Assembly: GCA_964016885.1 (NCBI GenBank)
Contig: OZ024746.1
Coordinates: 22,010,001-22,074,000, forward strand
Length of the DNA stretch: 64,000 bases
Source of the DNA: Eledone cirrhosa
Lineage: Eukaryota
Reading direction: 5' to 3'
Below are positions 26,325 to 39,860 of the stretch, piece by piece. Within the stretch, counting starts at the first letter, position 1; every line of letters begins with the position of its first letter. Made by a program: the position numbers and the translations under genes. The notes beneath the pieces are model-generated. The model was not told where the DNA came from. It made no database searches and saw only the letters and a list, made by a program, of their open reading frames with translations.

Positions 26325-26363
<39 letters not shown>

Positions 26364-26460
26364 ATATATATATTTATATATAGATATATAGAGATATATA
26401 CATACATACATATAACCGCAGGGCTCGTGGTTGTACCTTTATCTCATTTATATGTGTGTG

Positions 26461-26501
<41 letters not shown>

Positions 26502-28200
26502 TCCCTACAAATATCTGTATTTATATATAAACCTTTACTTACTTTGTACATTCACGACATATTAACTTGTTCTTGTTGCACTTATTTCCACAGCCTTTGT
26601 CCCAGACTTGTAAATATTTCATATAAGCCAAAACGTTCAATTGATTACATTTTGTCTTTCGGTGTTGTTATTTCTTTTACAATACACTTTACAATGCAAA
26701 CAATTATACAAAGTATATATATCTAAATGATGTGTGTTCGTGTTACAGCTATTCTCAAAAGTTGCTTTAACCTTACAATATATGTGTGAGTCATTTGACT
26801 TTTGTGGGTAGCTCATAAAAGGTAAGTTTTTGCCAGAAAAAAATTGTGAGAAGACACGCACATTCAACAACAATGAGCGTTCGAGTTTCTCTCTAACAAC
26901 TTTTGAGGCAAACCAATACATTCATATCATTGCTGTGGCTGATAACAAAACTAAAACGTTCAAATAACCAAGCACTCTCACCAGTGGCATCACCTGATAC
27001 GTGAGTAAGCTGAGCCGCCAACAATGACAAGAATCACGCTGTCAACGGCCCAGCTCTCGCAAATGTCTCGGGGGCAGAAAAAAGTAGTTTGTCGATAATT
27101 CCTGGTATTTTATATATGTTAAGTATGGTCATTTGGTACCTAGTAAGGGTAGTTAGACTCATCCCAAGGTAGAGATTATACTCTTCTGAGGTATCGATGC
27201 ATCCTAGTTGGGCATCAATACGAGAAGCGATAGTTAAACTTGAGCGGGTGGTTGGTCTACTCCTTCTCGAGCCTTGACTTTAAAATGTAGACAGAGGGTG
27301 CGTCAACTGTTTTTTTGTTTGGGGTTGTTCCAGTGGCTCCTAGGACTTGGCTGGTGTTGTGAAAGAGAAAGGAGACGACATTACATTCCCTCAATGTAAT
27401 GATAAAATGTTTGAGGTAACTCAAAATACCGCATTACCGCGGGTGATAGCGAGGCCAAGGCACTTGTATAGTCAAGCATCCTTGTGAACATAACTTGATA
27501 CTTCAGTGAATTGAAATGACATCAACGTATGTGCGGCCCAGCTGCCTTCCAAATATCTCGAATATAGAAGACTAAAAAATATAATTTTCCGTAACATTAG
27601 AAGATTTCATCATTTAAAAAAAAAATCAAATCATTGGAAACTGCCAGATCGTATCTGTAAGTTGAGTAAAGACCAGGTCTAACTTGTATCTCTCGTACAC
27701 TGAGGCGGATTGGTATTACGAGCATTCAGAAAATGGCCGCCGGACTTGCCGAAAACAAATGTCATGAAAACCGGTAAGTGGAAATTTAACCATAGAAAAA
27801 AATATTTAACTTTTGGCGTGAAAAACATTTTAAATGTTCAAACAGAAATTTAAATGCTTTCGGTGGTTTAAGTTTCCAAATTTGTTATGGTGTTAAATAA
27901 ATTGACATTTCCTACTGGATTAGACATTACACATTCCAAGACATGGGCGTAAATAGCACACCCACTCATGCGAGCACCCCGTTATTAAAACAACAGACAA
28001 TGTGGAATTCTTAATCAGGTAAATTCCATTCCATAATGTTAGTTAGCAATTAAAAACTATAAACATTTGTTTTATCTTTTACTATATGAGGTTTTTGTCT
28101 GAATTCCGACAACATTTACGAACCTTTATTTTTTTCGCCAATGACTTTCAGTATCTTTAATACAAGACCACGACTTGTTCCAGCTGGCAGACTCTACAGA
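26200..28200. promoter_or_regulatory. CpG-enriched, SINE-free region; putative bidirectional promoter
   Basis: CpG is visibly more frequent than in the flanks. Outward-facing donors: minus strand ACCCG|gtaagt at ~26310 and plus strand AACCG|gtaagt at 27774. Confidence 0.55.
27733..27773 (+). CDS. candidate first coding exon MAAGLAENKCHEN(R), phase 2
   Basis: AAAATGGCCGCC start context (YY1/Kozak-like), open frame and consensus donor gtaagt. Product not recognised. Confidence 0.55.
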
Positions 28201-28621
28201 TTAGTAACATATCGATTTGGTTTCCTTAAAACTTTCTTAATAATGCATATTTTCTGATGAAACTTTGCAAAAATACATTTTCTAGGGCCTAGATTCTAGA
28301 TTATAATTATTAAGAAGGTTATGGCGAAAAATTAGGTGGTTTTCAAATTCATTGTTTCGTTTCCTTGTCGGTCACTTACAATTTAGAAAACAATGGCATT
28401 TCTATGGTAATAAATTAAAGAACACGAGAGAAAATGTCGTCAGGTTTTGGTGTTCGGGGGGGGAACATTCTGAACAGTTTGAGTAGGCACTAATTCACAA
28501 GGAACGTATTTCAGAATGTTTGTTATAAACTCTACTTTGTAAATACGAGGATGCACTATAGTGTCACTCTGTGACCCCCTCCCGAGGACTTCTCCGCATC
28601 GAAAGAGTAGCTCTTTAGTTA

Positions 28622-28803
28622 AATAATTGTTTCTAATTTAGGCACAAGGCCAGCAATTACCCATTGCATTACTTCTACTTTATTTTATCGACCCCATAAG
28701 GATGAAAGGCAAAGTCAACCTCGGCGGGATTTGAACTCAGATCGTAAAGGCACGTAACTATGCTGGAAAGCATGGCGTCTGACCCTCTACTGATACTGCC
28801 AAT
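28622..28803 (-). mobile_element. SINE family A copy
   Basis: Matches the consensus. ttaaataat occurs at both ends. Confidence 0.9.
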
Positions 28804-29073
28804 TAAATAATATACATTATTAAGAAAGCTATGATGAAACAAAGTCATGTGTGTGGTAGGGTGCTAAACTGTAGTTATGTCATTTAATACTTGCACGAAT
28901 TTGTTTCCCCATAACTTTCTTAATAGTACATATTTTTAAAAGAAATGTTGCAGAGATACGTTTTCTATGACGCAGATTACGATTATGTTGATAGTCCCTT
29001 TACGTTCTGGGTTCAAATGCCGCCTAGGTTAGCTTTGTCTTTCATCCTTATGGGGCCGTTAAAATAAAGTGCC

Positions 29074-29739
29074 ATTTAGAAGTCGACCTTAAGTAGGAGC
29101 AATAACATTAAGAAAGACATGAATGACACCAACCACACTTTGTTTTGAAAATAGGTTTATAAGTATGAATTTTCATAAGATTTTCGTAGTAATCTTTGTG
29201 GCCCAGCGGTAGGTACTAGAGACGGCGGAGATCCTGACCTTGGGTTCAATCCTGGTCAAAGTACCTTTTTTTCAGTTTTTATTTTACAACCAATAGAAAA
29301 AAACTGAAATGGAACACTACTCCCAACCAGGATCGAACTTCAAACCAGGATCACCACCGGCTATGGTTCTTCCAACTAAGCCACCGAGACAGCTACAAAA
29401 GTACAATGAAAATTGATAATTATAAACCTACTTTCTAAATCAAAGTTAAAAAGATCTGGTGTCGTTCATGGCTTTCCTAGAGCTATTAGTAATACTTAGG
29501 ATTGATTGACTTCTGGTCATTATTGAAAGTCTCTGGATTTCGCAAAATACATAATTTTTTTTTATTGGAGAAGGTAAGATATTTTTCTGCAAAAATTTGA
29601 TTGCACTGTTTTGTTTCCACTTATGTATTTTTCGAAAATGTTATTTATTCATTATAAAAATTAAATGATAACATTCTATATGTAGGTGGGCCTCCTTCAT
29701 CTCCTGGCAACCAATATTTTTAGACCCAGTCCGCCACTG
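29074..29739 (-). mobile_element. truncated copy of the hAT element at 44581
   Basis: Reverse-complement homology to ~44581-45243, ending in TIR CCAGTCCGCCACTG. Confidence 0.9.
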
Positions 29740-30236
29740 TTCCCAGCATCCTCCTCTGCTGCAATGAACTAACAAATTTATAGACAGATGGAATATCATT
29801 GTCGGCCAAAACTTCTATAATATAGCTAGACCTGTTATTTTAATATACAACCTAAAGCATAGCTTGAAGTGTGGTTTAGATCAATGGTATTTTATACTTC
29901 CTCTGTTGAATTGACAGGTGAATAGTTACCAAAATGAGAGGCAAAGGGAAAACTGAAGATCATTGTATTTTACAATGAAATAGATGGAATTGTTTTCATA
30001 GTTGTAGTGATTGATGGCTTGTTTTTCACAATTTCTGTTTCAACGGTGAAAAAAAAATCCAAAAAAATCTTTTGATTAAAGACCACTGATGCAAGAAGAA
30101 AACATGTTCTCTTCTCAGGAGAGATTTCTGTCAATATATGCAAACTTGTATTTTTATTTTTCTGACCTACATTGAAAAACAACCTCATTGTTAAAAGCTG
30201 ATCAATACATACAGCATGATATTGAGATATTATAAG

Positions 30237-30450
30237 GGTGATGGATTGGCAGTATCAGTAGAGTATGTTGGACAACATGCTTTACAGTATAGTTACACCT
30301 GTATACTTTCTAGGTTCAAATCCCGCTGAGGTTATCTTCACCTTTCATCCTTATGGGGGTCAATAAAATATAGTACCAGTGGGGTTTATATAATTAATTT
30401 TCCTCTACTCCAGAATTGTTGGCCTTGTGACTAAATAAGAAACCATTATA
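30237..30450 (+). mobile_element. SINE family A (long variant)
   Basis: A and B boxes plus the family core. Confidence 0.8.
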
Positions 30451-31303
30451 TTTGTGATTGAAAATGCTGATACCATGATAAAATGCACACATCATTATCA
30501 CTGTTTAACATCCATTTTCCATGCTAACATGGGTTAGACAAGTTATCCCATTGTGAGACAAGTCAGATCAAGTGTCCATGTCTTACTCATACAGAACTGT
30601 TTCTAGCTTAGTTTGTACAGCTGGATGCCCTTCCTCACCAAAACAACCAACTGACAGGTTGGGCTGGGTACTTTTTCACCGTGTCACTAGCACAACCACT
30701 TTACACTGTAAAATGATAATTGTTTCTACTTTTGGCACAAGATCAGTAATTATCCCAGTATATTACTGGTACTTTACTGCTGATTCTGTGATAAAATGGA
30801 CACAGTACATTCTGTAGAGTGGTGGTGTTAGTGCCACAATAAAATACACTCTGTACACTTATACAGTGGCTGATGTTAAGGTCATCTAGCCATAGAAACT
30901 ATGCCATTTATGAGCATGATGATATCTCTCTGATCTGTATAGTCTTGGACCATGACAATCCATCCAATCAAAGTTAGCTTCGAGAGCTGAGGTAAAATGA
31001 CGATGATGATGAATAAAACATCTAGAGAACTGGATTCTTGTCAGTTAGTCGACTGTTAATATTTTGTATTGCTTATCTCTCTGCTATCTACTAGTGTAAT
31101 GCTGATATGTTTTTTGTTTTTTTTAAAAATAACCGTGATTTAGTGGCAGACACATACATAGATTAAATTAGTTTTCACATCTGTTTAGAAGGATCATTGT
31201 TCTGGCTTTATTAATTTTGTTGTGGTTGTAAATTAGTTAGAATAGAGGAAAATTTATTTAGAAATATTTTTATTGTTATTTTTCATGGCAATAACACAGA
31301 ACC

Positions 31304-31335
<32 letters not shown>

Positions 31336-31359
31336 AAAAACACAGGCAATAACAAACAG

Positions 31360-31600
31360 GGCATGTCATTAGAAGGTCTCAGGAAAGAATTGCTGGACAG
31401 ATTTTGGGGCAAAACTAATTGGCAGGAGACCCAGGGGTAGACCCTGAACAACTGGCTGGGTAATGTTCATGAGATTGGCCGGTGTCACTTGGAGATTCAA
31501 CCGGATCATTTGGAGACAGTTGCTTCTGACAGGACCTGCTGCAGGGAGTATTTGAGGATTCTTCCCCCACGACCCTCTCAGGAATTAGTGGGAGAAGAAG
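31360..31600 (+). mobile_element. RTE-type LINE 3' remnant
   Basis: Translation …RRPRGRP…W…LETVASDRTCCR. Confidence 0.65.
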
Positions 31601-32920
31601 AACAACATCAACAAGAACAAACAGAACTGTGTTATGAAAATCTCCATAAACAGGTCATGTTAACTAACCTGATAAGCTAGCTACCTGTTGGTTGTAGGGA
31701 ACAGCAGAGGATAGACAGTGGATAGGACCAGGAAATAGGGAATGAGCAAAGATCATTATAGAAACAGCAGCAGCAGACTACACTTGAAAATTATATGGTT
31801 GTATAGTTTCATCATTGTTATCACTACCACCACCACCACCACCACCATTATCATTGCCACAATCACTACCTACACTTCTACTTTTATCACCATCATCATC
31901 ACAACTACCACCACCATTCTCATTTTCACCACCACTACCACCATCTCCATCACCACAACCACCACCATTATATGTCCACTTTCCTTACCCAGATGTAAAT
32001 ATTCATGTATATACAGTAGCAATCTCCTGTCCTTACAGTAACTATTTCTATACGACAAGGGACAGTATGTTACAATTCTTTTTTAGGGATTCATTATTCA
32101 GTTTTTGTATATTTTTCTAAACCACATTCTTGCCAGTTTAGAACAGTCATAGGCCAACTATGGCTGGCAGACTGCATGCAGCTCATTTGGCTTTCTGAAT
32201 TGCACACCTAATGAAAATTTACCTTGAATTCTTTTAGTATTGCAGCCTGCTTTGGTATGGTATGGTATGGTCCCGTAACTCCTGATGGAGTCGTAGGGGC
32301 ACCGTAGGGGCACCATAGTGGCATATGGTATTTTGGGGGCATTTTTAAAAACATGTCAGAGCCCATCCCTCTCCAGGTCTGAATACAGCAGATTTCTTCC
32401 AGAGGAATCTTAGAGGAGGAATCGACCCTAGTACTAGATTGGTACGTTTGTGCATGCATTAATTTCTTGTGTGCATTTTAATTTAGTTTGCATGGTGCTT
32501 ATAAAATGTGTGTGCACATACACTCAGTTACTATCTAAAAAAACTACTATACTTGTAAAGCACCCTACTCTACTGATAATTAGATTAATTAGGTAGCAGA
32601 AGCTATCCACTACTGAGTCATGTTTGGCTTTGAAAGAATATATTTCTCATATTCCTAACTACCCTTGTACATCTGTCACATATAATAAGTATAGTTATTA
32701 ATTAGTATAATGTGTTAAGCAAATACAAGTTTATGCACGTATTAAATTCTTCTGTGCATATTAATTTCCTTCATGTGCTGGTTGCACAACATACATGCAC
32801 ATGAACATAGTTTAAAGGAAACAATAATTAGCCCTTAAAAAGCATTCACAGGTGAATGTGCTGCATAAACTATGCGTTTATTCAGGACCCAAATCATTAT
32901 CATCATCATTATTGCAACCA

Positions 32921-33035
32921 GTTCAAATCCTGCCGAGGTTGACTTTGCCTTTCATCCTTACGGGGTCGATAAAATAAAGTACCAGTAATGCACTGGGTAA
33001 TTGCTGGCCTTGTGCCTAAAGTAGAAACAATTATT
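32921..33035 (+). mobile_element. 5'-truncated SINE A with TSD attattgcaacca
   Basis: The 13-bp duplication flanks the copy. Confidence 0.85.
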
Positions 33036-33039
33036 GCAA

Positions 33040-33270
33040 CCACAGTTGAACATTCCTGACAAAGTCTCTCCATAATTCATCATTTTCCATTGCTCATGGC
33101 AGCTGCTCCTTATTGAGGTTTGTATCATCTGAGAGTTCATTAATGAATGTTTGATCAGGTCTTCCTCTACTGTATCTCCTGTGAGTTGGTTCCCATAATA
33201 GTAGCTTATATATAACTTCCTGCTTACTTCTCCAACAATGTCCTGCAAATGATAACCGTCTGATGACCCA
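33040..33270 (-). mobile_element. RTE-type LINE ORF C-terminal remnant
   Basis: Translation RRLSFAGHCWRSKQEVIYKLLLWEPTHRRYSRGRPDQTFINEL. Confidence 0.85.
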
Positions 33271-33656
33271 AATAATCAAGTTTATTTAAAGAAAAGTGAC
33301 CTTATTATCATAATATTACCCAATGTAGGTAGTACTGTATAGAATTTCTTTTATTAGAAAGTAAAAAGAAGTAAAAATGTCTTATTTTTGGAGAAGTGAG
33401 TCATTTGGATTGTGGCATTAATTTAACATTATTTTCATTGTCTGTTACAATATTAACTAAAACTGTTGGAAGCCAAGCAAGTAGATGGATATATAAGCTT
33501 AATTAACTTCAGATAAATAACAATCCCCCTGTTCTGTATGTGATGAAAGTCACACAGTTGGGAGTCTGTCTCTTGTCAGTAGGGTGTCAGAACAGCCATG
33601 GAACTTCTAAGTGGTAGCTTGAACTGCTAGAAATAGTAGCCGCATCTCTCTCAAAT

Positions 33657-33856
33657 TATGAAGGTCAGCTGCAAAGTTCATAGGCTGAACAAGATACTAT
33701 CATGGAATGACCAAATGAGGTTTATTATTTTTCAACACAGTCTCTGGAAAGAAACAATGCAGTTATTAAGAAGAGTTGAAATGAATGTATGCAAGATTTC
33801 ATAGCTCTAGCATCACTCCTTTATAGTCAGACTGAACTTTTCAGTCTACTCTTGTA
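33657..33856. mobile_element. mariner-like MITE (inverted second copy at ~48504-48698)
   Basis: Degenerate TIRs ta-tgaaggtcagctgcaaagttc / gaacttttcagtctactcttg-ta. The internal sequence is shared between the copies. Confidence 0.65.
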
Positions 33857-35650
33857 GTCACAACCATTTTTTAAAAGTGATATATCTATAGATTGTCTAT
33901 GTAACATTACATTATCATATGACAGATTAAAATGGGATGGCCATGGTTGAAATGTCTTTGATCATAAGTGTCCTCAATTAAAGCTGACTTGAGGGTTAAA
34001 CAATACTAACTATTTATATAACAGACCAAGGCAGGAGGCATATATGTTGTTGTATAACCTTCTACAATATAGCAGCCCGAACAAAAGGGTGCATGAGATA
34101 ATTTAGTCCACAGTACACAATGCTTGGCCATGACTAGAATGTTTTTGATCATAGGTCTACTCAGATCAGAACCTGCTTAGGGTTAAATAACATTCTAAAT
34201 GACATTTCACAGTGTCCATAGCCAAGACAAGTTAACTATTGTTATTTCAGTATATACTGACTGTAAACATTTCATGATAGAAGCAGTGTGGTTACTGTAA
34301 TAATTAGCTTACACAACTATTCAAATCCTCCCATGTGCCAAGAGAAAGAAATGAGGAAACCATTTCCAGTGTAGTGATTAACACTTTTGTTACTAAATTG
34401 CCTGAAGCTGCCCCTAGTTCTATGTTACTTATCCCAGTTTCTGTGGCATGAAGTGACTGAGTGTACAAGACTCACCCCTGGACAGCTACAGCTGGTTCTC
34501 ATTTTAGCTGAGAATATTGGAGCAACATGAAATGAAGTGTTTTGCTCAAGAACACAAGACACAACTCAGTCCAGGAATCGAAACCACAACATTATGATCG
34601 TACATCCAACACCCCTACCACAAGGCCATGCACCTACACGTTTTCCTACATGCCCAGAAGAACTATATAGTTAGGTTATGTGCAGTAACATTTTTAATTA
34701 GTTGAATAGGCAACCTGGTTTCAATTTCCATTTGAGCATCTAGCCATAGAAACCAAGCCAAAATCAGTTCTATATGAGCAATACATGGTCATCGGACCTG
34801 GCTTCTCTCACAACAAGACAACTCGTCTAACCCATGCTAGCATGGAAAAATGGATGTTAAACAGTGATGATGATGATTGCTTCACTTCATATATATTGCT
34901 AACACCCTTATAAAAATTATGAACATAAACAGTCTTTAATGGTCCCGTTAAAGATCCCACTTTTTATGCTTGTCTAAAAAACAATTATTTATCTGTTTGT
35001 TGTAGCTTAACAGGAGCATTTGTCTTATAGAAACAGTTTTTTGTGTGTGGATATTCTAAGTAACTTAAACTATAAATTACTTGGTGTGTATCAAACCAAA
35101 GCAGAATTGTGAGAGCATCAAATAAAAAGACAAAATACCCTGCAGCATTTGTTCCAGTTCTTTACTTTCTGAATTCAAGTCTCATCTAGGGCAATTCTGC
35201 CTTTCATTCTTCTAGGGTTGATAAAAGTACAAGTCAACTACAGGGTTGGCAGAGTTGTTGGTATGTTAGATAGAATCCTTTTCAGTATTTGTTTTGGCTC
35301 TCTACTCTCCGAGTTCAATCTCGCCAAGGTCAACTTTGCCTTTCATCCATTTGAGGTCGATAAAAAAAAAAGTACCAGTAAAGTACTTGGGTCGATTCTT
35401 GCTGTATATCTAATTATCACTTCTATCCTCTTACTCTCCATCCTTCTCTGGGGAAATCTGTTGTAATCAGACCTGAAGAGGAGATGGGCTCCATCAGATT
35501 TTAAAATGCAGCACAAATGCCGTATATCAATACAGCATCCCATCAACTCCCTTGGGAGTTACACGACTATGTATGCAAGTACTAGGGTCACTTTAATTGA
35601 TCCCCTTCCCAATTTCTGTCCTAGTACCTAAATTAGGAACCATTATTTAG

Positions 35651-35990
35651 CGCTCGGACGTCGAGTCCGACGCCAATGCTACAGCCCCGTACCGGTTCAC
35701 CGCTTCTCATACAGACGTGCCACACAACCGACCCTGAGTTTTTGAAAAAAAAAACAACAAGACGGCCGACAGACCGACACACACACATGGCCCGACCGCC
35801 CCGGTCCTCGGTGGCAGTATCGGTAGTGGGTTGGACGCCATGCTTTCTAGCATAGTTACGTCCCTTTACAGTCTGAGTTAAAATCCCGCCGAGGTTAACT
35901 TTGCCTTTCATCCTTACGGGGTCGATAAAATAAAGTACCAGTAATGTACTGGGTAATTGCTGGCCTTGTGCCTAAAGTAGAAACAATTAT
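35651..35990 (+). mobile_element. chimeric insertion: 160-bp CpG-rich leader plus SINE A
   Basis: The SINE starts at its A box (~35812). The whole unit is flanked by attatttag (35642-35650 and 35986-35994). Confidence 0.7.
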
Positions 35991-36532
35991 TTAGAGATAC
36001 AGTTTTTACTATTCAAATCAAAGTATACACTTTTCCACCACCATTACCAATGCTTAACTGAGCATTTATGCTTATTTGATATAACTCACAACTACACAGG
36101 TTTAACTGGTTTTCTATGAGGTCACATATCATAGGAGGTTTTAGGGTGTTTTAACTCTTAACCTTTTGCATCACGAAAAAAATTGTTATGCTCCTGATAT
36201 GAAAACAGCAATGATCAACTGCAATGTGTAAACAGATTACCGTAAAAGTGGTGCCAGATGCACAATAATGTGTGGAGGAGGAGGTGAGACAGGAGTTTCC
36301 AACAATAATGTGTACAAAACTTGAAGTTTGTTCTCATTAACATCATTTTCAAATTGATCCCCTCTGAGTCATGCCTCTGACATTGGGAATCAATGCTATA
36401 AACATTTTAATTAAATAAGGCTGAACAAATGTAAAATGGACGGTAAGATGAAGCCAATGAAAAAGCATAGCGTCCAACCCTCTACCGATACTGCCAACCC
36501 ACCTATATAATATATAATATAAAATAAAAAGT

Positions 36533-36887
36533 TTGGACGCCATGCTTTGCAGCATGGAGTTACGGGCCTTTACAGTCTGAGTTCAAATCCCGCTGAGGTT
36601 AACTTTGCCTTTCATCCTTACGGGGTCGATAAAATAAAGTATCAGTAATGCACTGGGATAATTGCTGGCCTTGTGCCAAAAGTAGAAACAATTATATAAT
36701 ATATAGGTGGATTGGCAGTATCGGTAGAGGGTCGGAAATGCTTTCCAGCCTAGTTACGTCCCTTTATGGTCTGAGTTCAAATCCCGTCGAGGTTAACTTT
36801 GCCTTTCATCCTTACGGAGTCGATAAAATAAAGTACCAGTAATGTACTGGTTAATTGCTGGCCTTGTGCCAAAAGTAGAAACAATTA
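36533..36887 (+). mobile_element. two tandem SINE A copies
   Basis: Copies at 36533-36695 and 36705-36887. An inverted head fragment lies at ~36464-36503. Confidence 0.9.
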
Positions 36888-37495
36888 TATATTATATACA
36901 ATGCTTCAAGCAAACTATAACATTTTATTATTTTAATCAACAATCATGTTTTTTGATATTTTAATTTTCTGCTAAATCATGCCAAAATGTTAAGAGTTAA
37001 TGATAGGAGCTTCAGTTCTACCATAAAAACAATGTGAAATGAAGCGAATTGCTTAAGAACACAATACTTTATCCCATCCTAGAATTGAACACATGACCTT
37101 AGGGTCATGAATCCAACTTTAACTACTAGGCTACAATTCTTATGATAATGATTTTAAAAAAAAGCCCAACTAAGCCATGTTAGGCTAGAAATATCTAGCT
37201 TGTATAACATTTTCACTGTTACCTAGAATAGATCGATAAACAAGGTTTCTGCTTCAACTACAGGTTATGCTTGATTTGTTATATTTGGCAAGTTACAGAT
37301 GACTGCCCTCAGCTGATTGCTTGTTATTTTTGAATATGGGAATAATGTTGAGATTTTGTTAAGTATATAATAATTAGTAGAGACATTCTAAGAAAACCAA
37401 AAATGCCAAATATATGACATGTTTGGAGTGGAATTATTTAAGGCAGTCTGTGAAAATGTTAAATCTTTTGATACCGGACCACCTCTGCTACTAAA

Positions 37496-38255
37496 AATAA
37501 TTGTTTCTACTTTAGGCACAAGGCCAGCAATTACCCAGTACATTACTGGTACTTTATTTTATCGACCCCGTAAGGATGAAAGGCAAAGTTAACCTCGGCG
37601 GGATTTGAACTCAGACTGTAAAGGGACGTAACTATGCTAGAAAGCATGGCGTCCGACCCTCTACCGATACTGCCAATCCACCTATATATTATATATTTGT
37701 TTCTACTTTAGGTATAAGCCCAACAATTTTAGGAGAGGAGCTATTCGATTAAATCAATCCCTTTACATTACTGGTACCTTATTCTATCAACCCCATAAGG
37801 TTGAAAAGCAGAGCTAACCTCAGCAGGATTTGAACTTAGAACGTAGAGGGACATAACTTTATGCTGCAAAGCATGTTGTCCGATGCTCTACTAATACAAC
37901 CAATTCCATTGCTCATGGTTCTAATAATAATAGTTTCTGATTTAGGCACAAGGCCAACAATTTTTGGGGAGGGGAAATCTGGTGAAATTGACCCCAGTGC
38001 ATTACTGATACTATTTTATCAACCAACAAACTACCGATACTGCCAATCTGCTGCCCATGGTTCTAATAATAATTGTTTCTACTTTTGGCACAAGGCCAAC
38101 AATTACCCAGTGCATTACTGGTACTTTATTTTATCAACCCCGTAAGGATGAAAGGCAAAGTTAACCTCGGCGGGATTTGAACTCAGAATGGCAAGGGCCA
38201 TAACTCTATGCATCAAAGCATGGCGTCCGACCCTCTACTGATACTGCCAATCCAC
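37496..38255 (-). mobile_element. cluster of four SINE A copies or fragments
   Basis: 37496-37683, ~37695-37905, ~37925-38050 and 38067-38255. Confidence 0.85.
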
Positions 38256-39334
38256 CATATAATGGTTTCTAATTTAAGTGGAGGCCAGTAATCTGTGGGG
38301 ATGGGAACATTGAATATATCAACCCTAGTAGTTTACTGGTACTTGGTGGTTTTTGAACTCAGAATGTTATGAGCATGAAGAAATATTTGAAAGCATTTCT
38401 TTCAACATTTTAATGGTTCTACCAATCCATTATTCTACCCCTGTGTATGAGCAAATTGATTATACAGGGTGTATGAAAAAGAATCATCCGATTTTATTTA
38501 CAATTTTTACAAATGCTCAATATGTACATAACTTTATAAAAGATTATAAAAGTTATGAAAAAAAGGATAACATTTTATATTCAGACATGTATTGTAAAAG
38601 TTACTGCCAAAACTGACTTAGATGTAGAGTCTGTCACCCTCTCCACTTCCCTTTTTCTTTCTTTTGTTGTTTAATAATCCTTGCCCTTTCCCTCTTTTCC
38701 TCTCGTTTATAGTCTTTTACAATACTACTTTCATTATGAGAAACTTAGTTATGTTACTAAATCCCTCCAAATGGTGATTGCCTGTAAACTATAAATAAAC
38801 AACCATTGACCAAAGATTGATATAAGGATTCTGATACAAAATAAGGATGCTGGGTAATGGGTACCACTGTTTTACAGAATAGAATGTAATTCTCTAGAAA
38901 TCTTAGAATTCCAGAAATCTAATAACATTATTCCTTGTCTAATAACATTATTCCTTGTCTCTGCCCCCCCTCTCTCTCTCCTGATTTTGTTTTCTTTTTT
39001 AAGACTTGTGATGCTGCCTTTCGTTTTTTTTTCTTGTTTTTTAGAATTTTATTGTTTAATTTTGTTCAATATAATTGTGTTTTTGTTTGTTTGTAGATAA
39101 GCCTGCTGTGTGTGTGTGTATGTTTTCTCCCCATCTTGTTAGTGAAGACATAATGGAGGGAGGTGATGGTGAGGGAGGAAGTAGCCCTTAAATATTTGGG
39201 AATCTGAGACAATGAATAATAGTAGCAGTAGTAGTAGTATGTAATGTCTCAATAATAATAGACTGTTTACATTCACATTGGGAGTTAATTTTGACCTCAC
39301 AGATTTATAGTGTGTGATAGCTGTCCTTCCCGTG

Positions 39335-39489
39335 CGTATGTAGTATATATATACACACACACACACTATGTAGTATATATATATACATACACATACACAC
39401 ACCCTCACCTACACATACTATGTAATATATATATATATATATACATACACCCTCACCTACACATTACTATGTAGTATATATATATTTAC

Positions 39490-39538
<49 letters not shown>

Positions 39539-39648
39539 CATATACCCTCACCTACACATTACTATGTAGTATATATATATTTACACATATATATATATAT
39601 ATATACATGCACCCTCACCTACACATTACTATGTAGTATATATATATT

Positions 39649-39695
<47 letters not shown>

Positions 39696-39739
39696 GCATA
39701 TACCCTCACCTACACATTACTATGTAGTATATATATATT

Positions 39740-39778
<39 letters not shown>

Positions 39779-39779
39779 G

Positions 39780-39821
<42 letters not shown>

Positions 39822-39860
39822 TATATATATATATACACACACACACATATACACACGTAT
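39335..39860. repeat. minisatellite with a constant core and variable (TA)n
   Basis: Core ccctcacctacaca(t)tactatgta repeated 5 times. Confidence 0.9.

Noticed and set aside
27180-27300. H/ACA snoRNA or telomerase RNA
   Set aside because: No proper ANANNA hinge box and no CUAACCCU template found.
39335-39860. CRISPR-like constant repeat with variable spacers
   Set aside because: The spacers are only (TA)n length variants, the context is eukaryotic and there are no cas genes.
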